A program made the position numbers and the translations under genes. Below, piece by piece: positions 47,705 through 60,479 of a stretch of DNA of 64,000 nt. The DNA is from Asterionella formosa (taxonomy: Eukaryota): NCBI GenBank assembly GCA_002256025.1, contig NKIB01012745.1, positions 1 to 64,000 on the forward strand, read 5' to 3'. Position 1 is the stretch's first letter; each line of letters opens with the position of its first letter. Below the pieces are notes generated by a model, which saw only the letters and a program-made list of their open reading frames with translations, made no database searches and was not told the DNA's origin.

Positions 47705-48845
47705 GAACTAGACTTTGGAAAATACACTCTTCCCGCCTGCTTGGATTGATATTTGAAATTTCCAAATCATATACTTTCTTGACATAGACGTTGATTTGTT
47801 TCTTCTAGTGTAGAACTACTTTGGGTGTTGGGCGCATTACTAATGGTAGTCCACGTTGTGTAACAGTCTTTGCGATGGGCATACTACATATGGCTGAATC
47901 TCTATTTTGCTGCGTCTAGTACTATCTACTAATAGTACCACTACTATGTTGTATTGTAAGGGAGGATCCACATCTACCACTGACAACCAAAATGCTGTGT
48001 CGTGACAGTAGTAGGAATAGGACATGTTCTCGGAGTAATCTATTAGTCTACCGGTAGTTGATTGATTATAACCACAGGTACCGGTACCTGGTAAACGTAC
48101 TGAGTAATATTGTCTAGTGCATTTGTTTTGTGTTTCTGTGATATAGCACCACCCTCACTATTGCTTAACTGTTATTGTTGCTTGTCAGCAAATTTGGTCA
48201 TGGAGCAATGAGTACCTGGTACTTGTGGTCTAGTAGCTCCTGGATTAAATGTATTTTGAAAGGGTAGAAATATTGTCTACCATTTATAGTCACACATGGG
48301 AGCTGATGCTGTCTATGCATACAAAGGAAATAGTTCTTTGCACCTGCTTCTGACTTCCTTCCAGATTGATTACCTGCAATGAATATCAAAGCTATGTCAG
48401 CAATTGTTGTTTCACTACTTGCTAGCAACACTTGTATTCTATCTATAAAGTGTTGAGCAGTCATACAGAATTCCCTATTAATATTCATGCATGATTTTAT
48501 CCTGGTTATAATGGTTATGGGTTTTTTTATGTTCAATTCATTGTATAATGTGTAGAGCATGCTTGTAATGTTTGTTCATATGTACAGCGATTTGCACTTG
48601 AATGAAATGAATTGTATGAAATGCATGTGAACTTGGAGAGTTCTGGAATAAGGAATCTTGACACTCAGCACAGTTGAGATTTGGGGAAATCCCCAATTTA
48701 GGAGCAAACTACCAATCACAGCAAGGTTTGAAAAAATCAATTGTCAGAAATATTTCTTTAAACTTGATTTCTACACTGTATATTGAAAATTAATTAGGCC
48801 TGTAAGAAACCATCAGATATTAAGTGTAGATGTAATTTTTTAAAA

Positions 48846-49283
48846 TCTTTCAAGACAAACTCGGTGTACTAAAACCCTCTGTTCTAATCCCTCCTTATTG
48901 TGAGCTTATTTGTTCTATCTTGTAATCATTCATACAACCAATTGTTAAGGTTCTCTTCCGAAATTTGTTTATAGATATTCATTGTGCTGTTAGACATTCA
49001 ACTCTCAACTGACAACTCGCTCAACTCCACCTACTTAGTAGTAGAACAATTGTGAACATTCAATGCTTTCTGCATTGCATATGTATCTTTCCTTCAGTGA
49101 AATGTTGATTTCTTAGAACATTCTCCATTCGAATATTTACCTTGGTTTGCTGGTAAAGTTCTTGGCAATCAATGCTGTTCAAATTGTCACAGCATTTCAA
49201 TACGGGATTTTGGCTTGAATGTTACTCATGATTGATTAGTTCGACTGAACTAAAATGCATGCAGCACTACATAGATCTTGACA
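48846..49283 (-). repeat. ~440-bp dispersed repeat, copy B (inverted relative to 13661-14099)
   Basis: Reverse complement aligns with 13661-14099; ends in TCTTGACA. Confidence 0.85.
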
Positions 49284-49944
49284 GACTACCAGTACCAAGG
49301 AGACCTGCCGGTAATTTTACAGGGTAAGTGTTCGAGTTGAAAATTGAGTGTCAAGTCCGCCTGGCACGACGTTGTCGTTAAGGTGTGACCAGGTACCTGG
49401 TACAGAGGGTTCCTTGGTACCTGGTAGTACCAGGTACAGCACGAGCACCAGCGCTCGTTACAGGTACCTGGTACCTGGTATGTAACTTTTACTCAGTACG
49501 TACCTGGTACGTGGCTGGTACTGATGATAGCTTGCGACTGGCAATCTCGTCATGAGCGATGATGGCTGATAATAGGGTACCTGGTACCGTACTGGTGTAA
49601 AATAGATGGATCACCGTACCGGTAGCCATGATTTTTCTTGTTTGTCTGCCTTCACCTGCTTGGTTATTGTCAAAGTACCTGGTACCAATCACCAGGAGGT
49701 ACCTGTTACCTGTAATCCAAATGCCGTTTACGGCACGCACAATACATACCGGCACGAACATGGAGTACCACTACAATACTATTTGCTCGAGGCCACCGGT
49801 AATGATGGAGACCATGAACACAATATCCAAACCCTCCTTCTTTGTAATTGCTTGGATTATTGTTTGAACAAACCTTGAAGGAGTGCCTGTAAAATACTCA
49901 GCCTCCTTGAAAAACACAAAGTCTTAACGCTCTCATTGTTCGCT

Positions 49945-51480
49945 ATGACATCAATTCCGTACCCCACCTTTATTTATCAACTCCCAATCGATGTCGAAAA
50001 TGGTCGAGCGGCCTTACCGTCAGTAGGCAAGTGCCGCATCCATCCAGCAACATGCACAGCAAACACGTCAGAGTTTCGCGCAATTGTTGCCAAAAACGCG
50101 GAGCAAGCGGCTGTCAGTACCACGTTCCAGAACAAAAGCGAAGAGGATGCTGCCAAGGCCCTCAAGAAAAAATTTATGAAGCAGGGCGTTGCCATGGCCA
50201 CTGCGTACTTGACGGAAACTCTCAAGTTAGATGTCTCCGTGGTGAACGTTGAAATTTTCCTTTCCTCCGAGGATCTCGTGAATACAGATGGCTGCATCGC
50301 GGCCTGCTTTTTGGATGCTGGATGTGCAGCCATTGTTGCGGATGGATTGAATTTGGAAGCTCTGGATATTGCCAAGATTCCGAAAAATCGAATGGTGGCT
50401 CACTTTCAACATCCATTTGCGTCGTCCTCATATGCAACTAGCGACTCAGATGTTTGTACTAAAGGAATGAAGGACGGCATTACATTAGCTGCAGAGCTTG
50501 CCAGCATAGTCTCTGTTGAACTTTCGAAGAGTGACAATCCCGACGCCGAAAGCATAGTCGAAATTCTCAGATTTGAAGCTCAGAAGCAGGAGGAGCTTGG
50601 GTTTCAGTTGATAGTTCAGTTCAACCCTGCTGATTGCAATTACGATTCAGACGAAGATTTGGCAGCCATGGTTGCTGCCATCTCTAAAGCATGCAAGGAT
50701 GGACATGGAAACATATCAATCGTGGACCCTACCGCAAACCAGCTAGGGTTGAGTTTTGCTGCGTGCATGAAAACTGATCGCCAAGATGGCTTGTTTACGA
50801 CGGTTGTGTGTACGCGATCGGGAGAAGCTCTGGGTCTCGTCTATTCATCCAAGGTAAATACCTGTTGTTATTAGTTGATACCATTTGTTTATGCTACAGC
50901 ATCTAAATGCAGACCATCACAGGAATCCATTGTGGCGGCCTTGGAGTGTGGTCGCGGTGTGTACTACTCTCGTTCCCGGAAGGGCCTTTGGCGGAAGGGA
51001 GATACATCTGGACATTTTCAGACGCTTCACAGACTCGATGTTGATTGCGATGGCGATGCTCTTCGATTCACTGTAACGCAACGAGGAAATGATTGCGCTG
51101 CTTTCTGCCATTTGAATACTTTGACTTGCTGGGGAGAAACTTGCGGTCTTCGCCAATTAGAAGGTGTAATGCAGGAGCGTCTCAAGTCTGCCCCAGAAGG
51201 TTCGTATACAAAGCGCCTATTTGAGGACCCAGAGCTCTTACGTGACAAATTGGTGGAAGAAGCACAAGAGTTGGCTGAAGCAGTAGAGAAAGATGATGTG
51301 GCTGCCGAATTCGCAGATGTACTTTACTTTGCAATGGCGCGAGCAGCTAAGGCTGGAGTGAGCATTGATGACGCTGTTGCCGAGCTGGACCGACGGGCTC
51401 GCAAGGTGACGCGACGACAGGGTGATAGCAAGACATTTAGAATTGAGGCTGGGCAAGCGATTCTTGATAAGTCAAAGTAG
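49945..51480 (+). CDS. hisIE: Histidine biosynthesis bifunctional PR-AMP cyclohydrolase / PR-ATP pyrophosphohydrolase (HisIE) with a His4-like N-terminal domain; 2 exons (49945-50853, 50923-51480)
   Basis: TDRQDGLFTTVV, LGLVYSS, YYSRSRKGLWRKGDTSGHFQ, DCDGDAL, FCH...TCW, GSYTKRLF, KLVEEAQEL, EFADVLYF, KVTRRQGD; intron 50854-50922. Confidence 0.92.
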
Positions 51481-52103
51481 AATTCTAAGTTTTCAAGTCT
51501 GATGTAATATTAGGTTATAACAAACCTTTATTGGCAAGATGAAATAAGATTCAGTTTTAATGAAATGCATCTTGAGCAAAGTTGATAAAAACCTCGCATT
51601 TGGAGTGCGAGCAATGCCATTTGAAGGTGACATTCCTGTCATGCCTCCACCTCATACAAGTGTTGGCTCATCAACTTTATTCATGGTACCACAGTGGTAT
51701 CAGTGGTGGTCTACTGAGCCCCCATGCATTCACTCCCTACAATGCTCAAGCCACCATTCATTCAATCAATGGCTAGTGGGCAACAGTTTTGCCTACAACA
51801 GTCCCTGGTCAAGTCAATGATATGTGGCAGGCTTACTTTGCAAAATGCAACTGCTGTGATGTTAATACACATTGCATTTCCCCCTCAAGTAGTGCAAGAT
51901 TTGAATGAACATAATATAATCAGTAACATTCAAGTTGAAGAGGATTCATGTTTAAAACAGCAGTTTTTTATATTTTGAACTACTGGACAAGCCCCAATCA
52001 AACTATTTCAGTCAGGATGGAGCAATTATGAATTTCCTTTCATGAACGGGAATACATTAATTTGATGATTTGAATTACCTGAATACCGGTTGTTGCTTTC
52101 GCT

Positions 52104-52199
52104 CCTGAAAGTTGCGGTAATAGGCTGAAACTGAACATTTAGCTATCTTTATCCCATATTAAATTGTTTATTTAAGCAAAAATGACCGCAACTTGCTGA
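52104..52199 (-). mobile_element. ~90-bp MITE, copy 6
   Basis: CCTGAAAGTTGCGGTAAT...AGCTATCTTTATCCCATATTAAATTG...AATGACCGCAACTTGCTG. Confidence 0.78.
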
Positions 52200-52580
52200 T
52201 GTTTGAGTTGATTTTTCTAAAACACATGTACTTTCAGTCCCATATTTGATAAATCATGAAACCCTCAAAACTGGCAGACTACCCAGTAATTAAGAGCGTC
52301 TTGCCATGGGCACCGGCACTGGTAGGCTACGACCGGTATGTATGTAGAGATCATCGTACCAGTACCTGGTACCGGTAGGCAGTCTTTGTCTATGTATCCC
52401 ACATACGGATTAGTATTCTTGTCCCGAATCCGCCCAAAGTCGGTTGTTGACACGTCAGCCGATTTGGAAACTCTGATGTCTATCATCATGATTTCGGGAA
52501 AGCAGTGACAAAGCTGTGCAGCGTGATGGTCGTGAATAAAACAAACTAAAAATACCGTTTCTATTTTGCATGTAGCCATC

Positions 52581-53029
52581 ATGTCAAACGGTGAACTGAG
52601 TTATCCCAATCTCGCTGGTTGCAAGGTTGTAGTGCAGAGCTCAATTGCTCCATCGAGGCTACCAGTGCATTTATCGCGAGAGTGTTGGGATGCAGCAAAT
52701 ATTTCGATAGAGCCATTGTACGCGTTTACTTTGGGTAAGAACGATTTCCTTCTGGGACTGGCTGGGACTTGCCCTATTCGGTTTCATCCCCAGTATTTAC
52801 TTACAGTTTTTGTATTGCAAACGCAGAAAAGTCTGTTTTAGAGAAGAAGAAAGAAAAGGATTTGGAGTTATCAATGGTTTCGACTGGAAGCCGAGAGGAT
52901 ATGCAGCGATCCATGTTGATTAAAATGAAAAGTGTTACGAATGCCAATGAAGATCTCTGCATTTCAATACTTGAGAGCAATGGTTACGACCTAAAATCAT
53001 CCATTGAAGCCTACTTTCAGGCGAACTAA
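52581..53029 (+). CDS. Small protein with C-terminal UBA-like domain; 2 exons (52581-52717, 52807-53029)
   Basis: A GTACGC...CAG intron 52718-52806 joins the frames (…ISIEPF/FCIANAEK…). C-terminus MKSVTNANEDLCISILESNGYDLKSSIEAYF is UBA-like. Confidence 0.7.
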
Positions 53030-54455
53030 GAGGGGCGCGTATTCATATTTCCCAGATGAAATGCTTACCTTGTTTGTCTCGATGCAAATCACACGCGAAA
53101 GCGCTGGAGTATGTAAAAGAATTTGGACACCATGCTCTTGACTCAATGAACAACACGCAAAATCAATGCATCCGACATGCTGAGAATAATGCTTCGATAT
53201 GGATAATATTCAATGAAGAGAATTCATTTCACTGACAAAAGTGCGTTCATAACCAGAATAGTAAAACTTTACAAGTTTAAGACCGAGATTTTGTTCAATT
53301 GACAGAATGTGTTTGCAGGGTACAGGAAACGCAGTTTACCACTATGCAATGAGTATTTAAAAATTATATAGATTGTCTCCTATCTTGAAACCAAAATGGT
53401 TGAGTACTTTTCTGTGAGGCTGGCATGTCTGTTTAATTTTTGGACGTCAAAGGATCACATCATTGCAGCAGGACAAATGTACCACATGTAACTTGCTTTG
53501 CAACAGTGTGAAAAATTCGGCCTTGTATATCACTACTAGAGGAGGAAAACAATGTCGAGTGTCGATGCCCTACTGGAGCATCCAGCTCCTGCCTTGAGAT
53601 GGCGCATTCTTGAGATAAAATACGCCCTTGCCTATGTAGCTCAGTATAGTTTTAAATCATAGCCTTATCAAAGGCACCTTGCTAAAACGAGGAGGGAGTA
53701 CCAGGTACATCTTGTTAGACAGAGGCAGAAAAAGGATATGATGACAACCAAATGCCCATATTGTTTTCTACTTTTATGGCCCTCAAACACGACTACTGGT
53801 AGTTACCGGAATATGTTTTGGTATGGCCATAACCAGGTACAGTAGAAAAACAGTATACAGTACTTGAAAGTGTTATGGAAACTGTATATATTTGAAGATT
53901 AGTAACTAAAATGAAGGCTTGTCGACTCTATGTTTTGGAATAAAGTGAGCTAAATGTTAAAGGATAAAGTAGCTAGAAGCAAGCTAGGAGTTGTCACCAG
54001 CCAGTTGACAACAGTCAATTTGCAGAGACAGGAAATGATTATTAGTGGAGTAACCACCAAAGACAGGACTGTTGTGGGACAGGAAATTAGTAATAACACT
54101 AGCCCTGGCAGGACTTTTGAGAGACAAGAAGTTAGTAAAAGTGGAATAGCCACAATGGGCCAGTAGACCAGTGACCAAAAAGGTCATGTGGGAACCACAT
54201 TGCCGGAGAGATCTGCCGGCAACTCGTTATTTAACTACGGTATACGGTATGCTTGTGTAAATACCGGTACCAGGTACCAGATCATACATGTCATATGCCG
54301 GTATTACCGGTAGTTGTATTGCTTCATGGAAACTGAACATCAACATGCCGGTATGCATAATAGAAGATCATCATTTTTACCCGTCCTGATATTGTTTGGC
54401 ATTTCCTTCTCTCTGCAATCACTTCCAGAACCAACACATCTGCTGTGAGACGATC

Positions 54456-55453
54456 ATGTCGGTATCTGCAAACGATACGCGAGCAGCCACTTGGAGTGGG
54501 TCCATACCGGTAGTCCTGAGTTTGGCTCCAACGTCCCTTTCATCTCCAACAATGCCCGCTCCGATCCACATGTTGGTTTCCAGGCACACTTATCTCCACG
54601 TTGGACTCCGTTCAGCAACGAGACGCTTCCACAAGTTTGCCCCACCTGTAATATCCTTTCCAATTACTCGGAATGAACCCAATCCAGGCGAAACATCGGA
54701 AGAAAAAGTGCCTGAAAAGCCAACAGCCGAAGAGTCGTACCCAATTTGTTGGTTCGAAGACGAACAGACGCAAATTGCTCTGCGATGGCACCTGTTTGCT
54801 GGTATACTATGGGATATGAAAAAAGAACCGAAAAGTTTTCCTTGGAGAATAAAACTGCACTTCAACAACTACCCTTCAAACCAGGTCCTGCCTATGGAAG
54901 GATCTGAAGTATTATCAGTGGTAGAGCGAACATTCAAAAACTCGCTGAAACAGGCATTGTTTCTTCAGCAAGGGACATCAAAAGTGGCCATGAACATGAG
55001 CAAGCAGTCCCATGGTATACTTTGGGAATCCATAATGACATCTAATTATAAGCTCTATCAGGAAGTGGACTGTGACTTGCAAAATACAAGCCAACTTCTC
55101 CCAGTGCGACTGATGATTGATTCCAAACCTCCAATACAAAGACCTATTCGCGTCCAAGGTAAGCACAGCTGAGCTGAAAAGAGCAGCTACGCATTTCTTG
55201 ATACGGCAACACTTAATTTATTTCTCATCCTTTAAATAAAGACAACAATGATGCTACATTGGGACAAGTGTTGAATGATTGGGCGCCTAACCTTTTCCAA
55301 TCCGGCGAGAACAACTCTATATGCCCAACATCATCCACTATTAGAATAACAATTCAGGGTATCGATGTATCTCTATCATCCAAAGTCATCGACCTTTGCG
55401 AGGCGTTGACCCATCCAGATCACTTTTTGTACATCATAGTGACAACACCATGA
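54456..55453 (+). CDS. ATG5: Autophagy protein 5; 2 exons (54456-55158, 55242-55453)
   Basis: WSGSIPV, CWFED...ALRWHLFAGILWD, PWRIKLHF..YP, FKNSLKQA, LPVRL, IQGID, HPDHFLYI; intron GTAAG...AAG 55159-55241. Confidence 0.92.
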
Positions 55454-57319
55454 ATGATGACACTCCATTTTGCACTTATTCTCGTTTTCTTCCCTTCACT
55501 TTCCCATTTTGTATGTTTCCCTTATCTCTAGCTCCTCAATCACATCTCCATCCACTTATTTGGATGTAGTACAATATCTGCTAGCTTCCTTTTTTCTGTA
55601 TGTGACTGTCACAGTCTAGATTCAACACTAGCCATTATACCTTCAGCACATCAGATAACAAAAGGAGATAATTTCTCAATGACTGATTTGACTCCAGGTT
55701 TGAATTGATGATTTCGAACTAGTTGCCATTGTTGAAAATTGTTTATATACTCCTTCAGATTAAATCTATCTTGGTGCAATTCACTTGGCTCATCCTCCCA
55801 AGGAACAAGGCAAAATGATGAACAAATGGCAGCACCAAACAATGTAGGAGGGACTTGTTGACCAATTTTCATCATTATAATGATGGGCACACACATGTTT
55901 ACATTCGAAATTAATTTGCGCATGGGGGAAGGGGGGGAATACAGAATCAAACCATGCACAACAGGAAGGCCCAGTAGTGCACATTTTATGCACACTTTTT
56001 CAGTTTCAATTCACTCCCAATGATTCATCCCATACCTACTGGATGAGATAGGCTGGCTTTCCATTCCTAATTCTCTTAAGTACTTTTCTATGATGTTAAA
56101 TAATCATTCATTAAATCCAAGTCATGTTCTGATCATCAAAATCATGTTCACCAACATCTACTGGTAATGGTATTTAGATTTTACTTATACAGTTCACCAA
56201 ATCTGGTAGTATCATCATTGTTCTAAATTGTGCATCTAAAAATTACATGATAAAATGAGATGTCGGCGACTGCCATTTTCGATGTCAGTATGAGTGTTAT
56301 TGAAATAATTCCTTTGCAATTGTATTTTCTATGTCTTGCTTAAAATATGTACCAAATAGCAAACTGTCATTCTCATTTTTCACGGAGATATTCATTAATT
56401 TTGTCATAGTCAAGGTTGAGATGACGACATGATGCAGTATTCTCCAGCAGCCGCTCACAACAACGACTACAAGAATGTAGTGTTCTGCCCCCTATGTACA
56501 TAGAAAAAAATTGAAACATCTAGTCTAAATGATTATATAAAATTATACTTTGGGTACTCTGAGCATATCATATATCCTAGCCAAAGTATGTGATACTATG
56601 TGATATGTACTGTGATACTGCAAGAATAGCGGTAGGCTGTTGCATCAGGCGTTATAATCATGGCTGTGACCAGCAATGCATATAGATACAATGATATGTA
56701 TGTTTATAGTATTGACTAGGCTATCAAGTGGTAGTGGTTGTGTCTGTTCATGTATATATTTCATAGGCATAAGGGTCATTCAGAAAATCTATTTATATTT
56801 GCAAGTTCTAGTTCTTGTTGTCACTAAATTCTAGTCATTTTTTGTCAGCAAGTTCTCAACGTAGAAAGAGATGATTCCTATTTGTTTTCCGAAGCTACTA
56901 CCAGAAGATGGTTTGCTGATCCGGTTCATCAGTCAGCAATAAGAGCTGTGTTCAGAGATTGATTCTGCAAATTGTCATCGGTCAATAAGAATAACATTTT
57001 CCGCTTATCTCGTCTGGTGGGCATGGGACAAATTATTGGCAATGAGTCGAAACTGAAAAGGTGCGCATAAAACGTGCGCTTCCGGACCTTCCAGCCCAGA
57101 GAAGCTTACTCAAATCCTTTGTAAATTACTGTTGCCATTCAGACGCACATCATCGATAGAAACTACATGTATTCACTTCTACTATGGAATATTTTCTATG
57201 ATGCATTGAATGTTACTCCCTCTAGCTGGGCGAAAACCATTGCTTGCATCAATTTGTAGCAACGCCAGTGCCATGATGCAGCTTATATATTTAGGATGAA
57301 TTATGATTGATAGGTAAAA

Positions 57320-57792
57320 ATAAAATGAGAGGTAAAAGGCAAAATGAATATTATTAGAGGGTTAAAGGATGAAAGCGAATGATAATAAATGGGTAGAGTA
57401 TGATAGACAAATAATATCAGTAAGGACAGGAAAAAATTTTAGAGTCAACAAAAGGGGAACCAAAACCAGAAATCGAATATAGAATCATCTTCAGGTACAT
57501 AATAGTAAAAATATGTATTGATAGTCATCCAAAAGGACCATATTAGTCATCAGCTTCTTTAAAACCTGAACCTTTTGAATTACCAGCAGGACGCTTCTTT
57601 ACAAATTAATTGACCAAACGAAAGCTGAGAGCCTCATCTCCATTTACTGGAGTTGTTACGTATTCCTCGGAGCACCGGTACTTGATTTGTTGTCATGGTG
57701 AAATTTGACTATCGGTACCTGGTACCGGAATATTTTGAGTCGAAACATGATGGGGAAAATTTACCGGTATATGACTCTCAGTTTTTAGGTGG
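57320..57792 (+). mobile_element. Isolated terminal fragment of the pogo-like family, tail-to-tail with the element at 57850
   Basis: Ends TATGACTCTCAGTTTTTAGGTGG|TA; 57500-57792 is an inverted copy of 57850-58090. Confidence 0.75.
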
Positions 57793-57849
57793 TACCTACT
57801 GGTACTATACTTGGTAATGAATGCAAGGTAGACTACCTGATACCAGGTA

Positions 57850-60335
57850 ACACCTAAAAACTGAGAGTCATATAAAGTTTACCCCATGGTTCGACTCAAA
57901 CTATTTTAGTCCTATTTCATGATGACAACAAATCAAGTACGTAGCTAGCTAAATGTAGAAAAGGCTCTCCGCTTTCAATAGGTCTGTTTAATTAGTAAGC
58001 AATGAGGCTTCATAATTCAAGAGATATGAAGTTCTTAAAGTTGATGATTATGGTCGTTTTGTATGACTATCAATACATATTTTTTAGGTACCCGCAAGTT
58101 TTCTTTCCACTGTTCGCTAACAAGTTGTTTTCATCTACCACCCACTATGCAAATGGATCAAGACCAAATACCCATTCATCTTCAAGAGTCTTAGCAGCAA
58201 AAATAGTGGCACACATAATTGGATTCCCATTTGCAGCTGTAAACCCAAGACCGGTAAAGTGTGCATCCTCTTTATGTGCCGATCTTTGCTGTGGTCGCTC
58301 ACCCTTTCCACAGAGAAATAACTCTCCCCCCACATTGCCATCTTAAGTTTGAGATGCGTTTGATCCCACCTCGTCAACAAAGAGCAGCCGGTCAAGACAA
58401 ATCAAATTATTCTTTGTCAGGAGTCCCAATGCATCCTTTTCCTCTACTCCTTCTTTATTCAACCATTCCTTATTTGGGAATTCAACAGCAATCCCTCCCG
58501 CAACCATCTCCTTGTACACTTGCTCATACATTGCTTCAAAATTATTGTAAGTGCACCAATCGGCTCTCTTGCTTTCAAATTTGACACCTCGTTGAGCGGT
58601 CCCTAACTTTTTCTTTGTTCCTTTTCATGAACCCTCTACAGTAACCCACTCCAAGTTTCGGATTTTTATTAGATCGGTATGCAGAAGAATGAGTTTGTCT
58701 CCATGAATTGACGCTGTCTCCTATTTTAGTTCCAGATATTAAGGAGTTGGCAAGTCGAAGACCATCACTGACAGATATAGGATTTCGCATTCAGGCAAGT
58801 TGATGAATCAATTCCACCATGTACGGTTCTATTGCAAGCATTGGGCTTACCCTTCCATCATGTCAGTGCCCCATTTCTTTTGAGACTCTGTTGACAATTG
58901 TGCTTCTATTCATGAAAGTTTCTTCTGGCAGCCCATTCCTTGCCTTTGCTTCTGTTATGATCATCGCAAGTGTTCCATTTTTTACTCGCCTATTGGCATC
59001 TTTGAAATTTTCTTGAGCAACAGCATACAAATCACATATTTCCCTCATGGCAATTTCATGTCGTTGCCCAACATCTCGTACAGCAGCTGCAGCGGCACCC
59101 TTTGGTCTTCCTCCGGTTATTGTGCTGGTTGTTTGTTGACTAACACTGCCTTCTGCATCTGCTTTTCTCATCTCGCCCTCACCAAAATTCTCACAGGTAT
59201 GTTTAATATTGTGTTTGTCATTCTACTCTGCGCTTGTCAGCTCATTTAGCTGGGTTTCAAATGATATCTCAACACCACCCTCCTCTTCGTTCTGCTGTGT
59301 TTGAAACAAATAAAATAAATCAATTGCTGGGGTGGTTGCTGGTGCTACTGGTGAGGAAACATAATTGGTGGTGATGGCGGGGGCAAGATTCCTAGGAGCA
59401 TTAAAGTCACTGGTCGACATTGTGGAAAGGGAAGCAAAAGTCAGAGAGGATGAGGCGGCATTACCCATATCAGCTGAGAACGTGCTGGTCGATGTACTAG
59501 TAGTACTAGAGTAAATCTCATTAAATAATTTCTTGTTCTTCTTCATCTGGTACTTGACATGGTTAATTGATAGCTATGGGAGCAATCTTTTCCTAGCCTC
59601 CACCACTTTAGAAATAAGCCCATATGGCATTTTATCTCCGTTGTTAGCCTTGATAGCTTCTAACTCTCGAATTACATTGTTGAGGTTTAGCTGCTCAATT
59701 TTCGTTTCATGAGGAGTTAGCATTCCTTGGTCTGCCAACATGATAACTATAGTGTCTCAACGATGACTTTGCAAATAATTGTATATTGCTTGTGAGACTT
59801 ATAAGTTGGATTTGTAGGCTTGTTTTTATGTCATGCATACCAGCCGCAATGCTGGTTTACTAGTCGTCTATCTTGCCAGTACCAGGTACCACTAGGTTAT
59901 AATATTTATTTATTGGCGCACCAGCACTTAAACAACTCTAAATAAACAAGTTATTATGGCGCACAACTTAATTGCAATGGCGCAAACATGCCATAGTAAT
60001 GATGCGGAAAAGTCTTGAAACAAGCTCATTATTTATATAGCTTCAGCTTCTCCTATGTGTTGAAAAAGTCATGCAGGCTCAATGGGTTAAAACTGATTTG
60101 GACCAAAAACCGTCGACAGCCAATTTTGGGCTACTATAACTAAAGAACTAATACGAGATTGCAGTGTTCAAGTACGAACAATGCTGTTCCTTATATGCAC
60201 AGGAAGAACTTTGTCTAATCAAGATTTATAATAATACAAATATTCGTCTCAAACCGTGTGATTACCCCGTTTTGTTATGACTATCCGTACAAAGTACAAA
60301 ACTGAAAGTTTGTATGACTCTCAGTTTTTCGGTGG
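57850..60335 (-). mobile_element. Pogo-like (Tc1/mariner superfamily) DNA transposon, internally deleted, with pseudogenised transposase (~59740-58100)
   Basis: TIRs (A/C)CACCTAAAAACTGAGAGTCATA and TATGACTCTCAGTTTTTCGGTGG, each flanked by TA (57848-49, 60336-37). Minus-strand peptides GGRPKG, DGLRLANSLISGT, LGVGYCRGFMKRN, LLFVDEVGSN, HFTGLGFTAANGNPIMCATIF (HTH plus the start of DDE_1), with several stop codons. Confidence 0.85.
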
Positions 60336-60479
60336 TACCAGGTACCTGGAAGTACAAGGTCCTACAGACTACTGAGTACCTGGTACCCTGGAGTTAAAAT
60401 TAATCAACTCGGTGAGTAGTATGAGTACGGAGAACAATTTACGATTTAATATTCTGTTGACAATCTTACCGGCAGTAGT

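Noticed and set aside
55460..57300. Coding gene or classifiable TE downstream of ATG5
   Set aside because: Only short broken ORFs with no recognisable motif or splice pattern.
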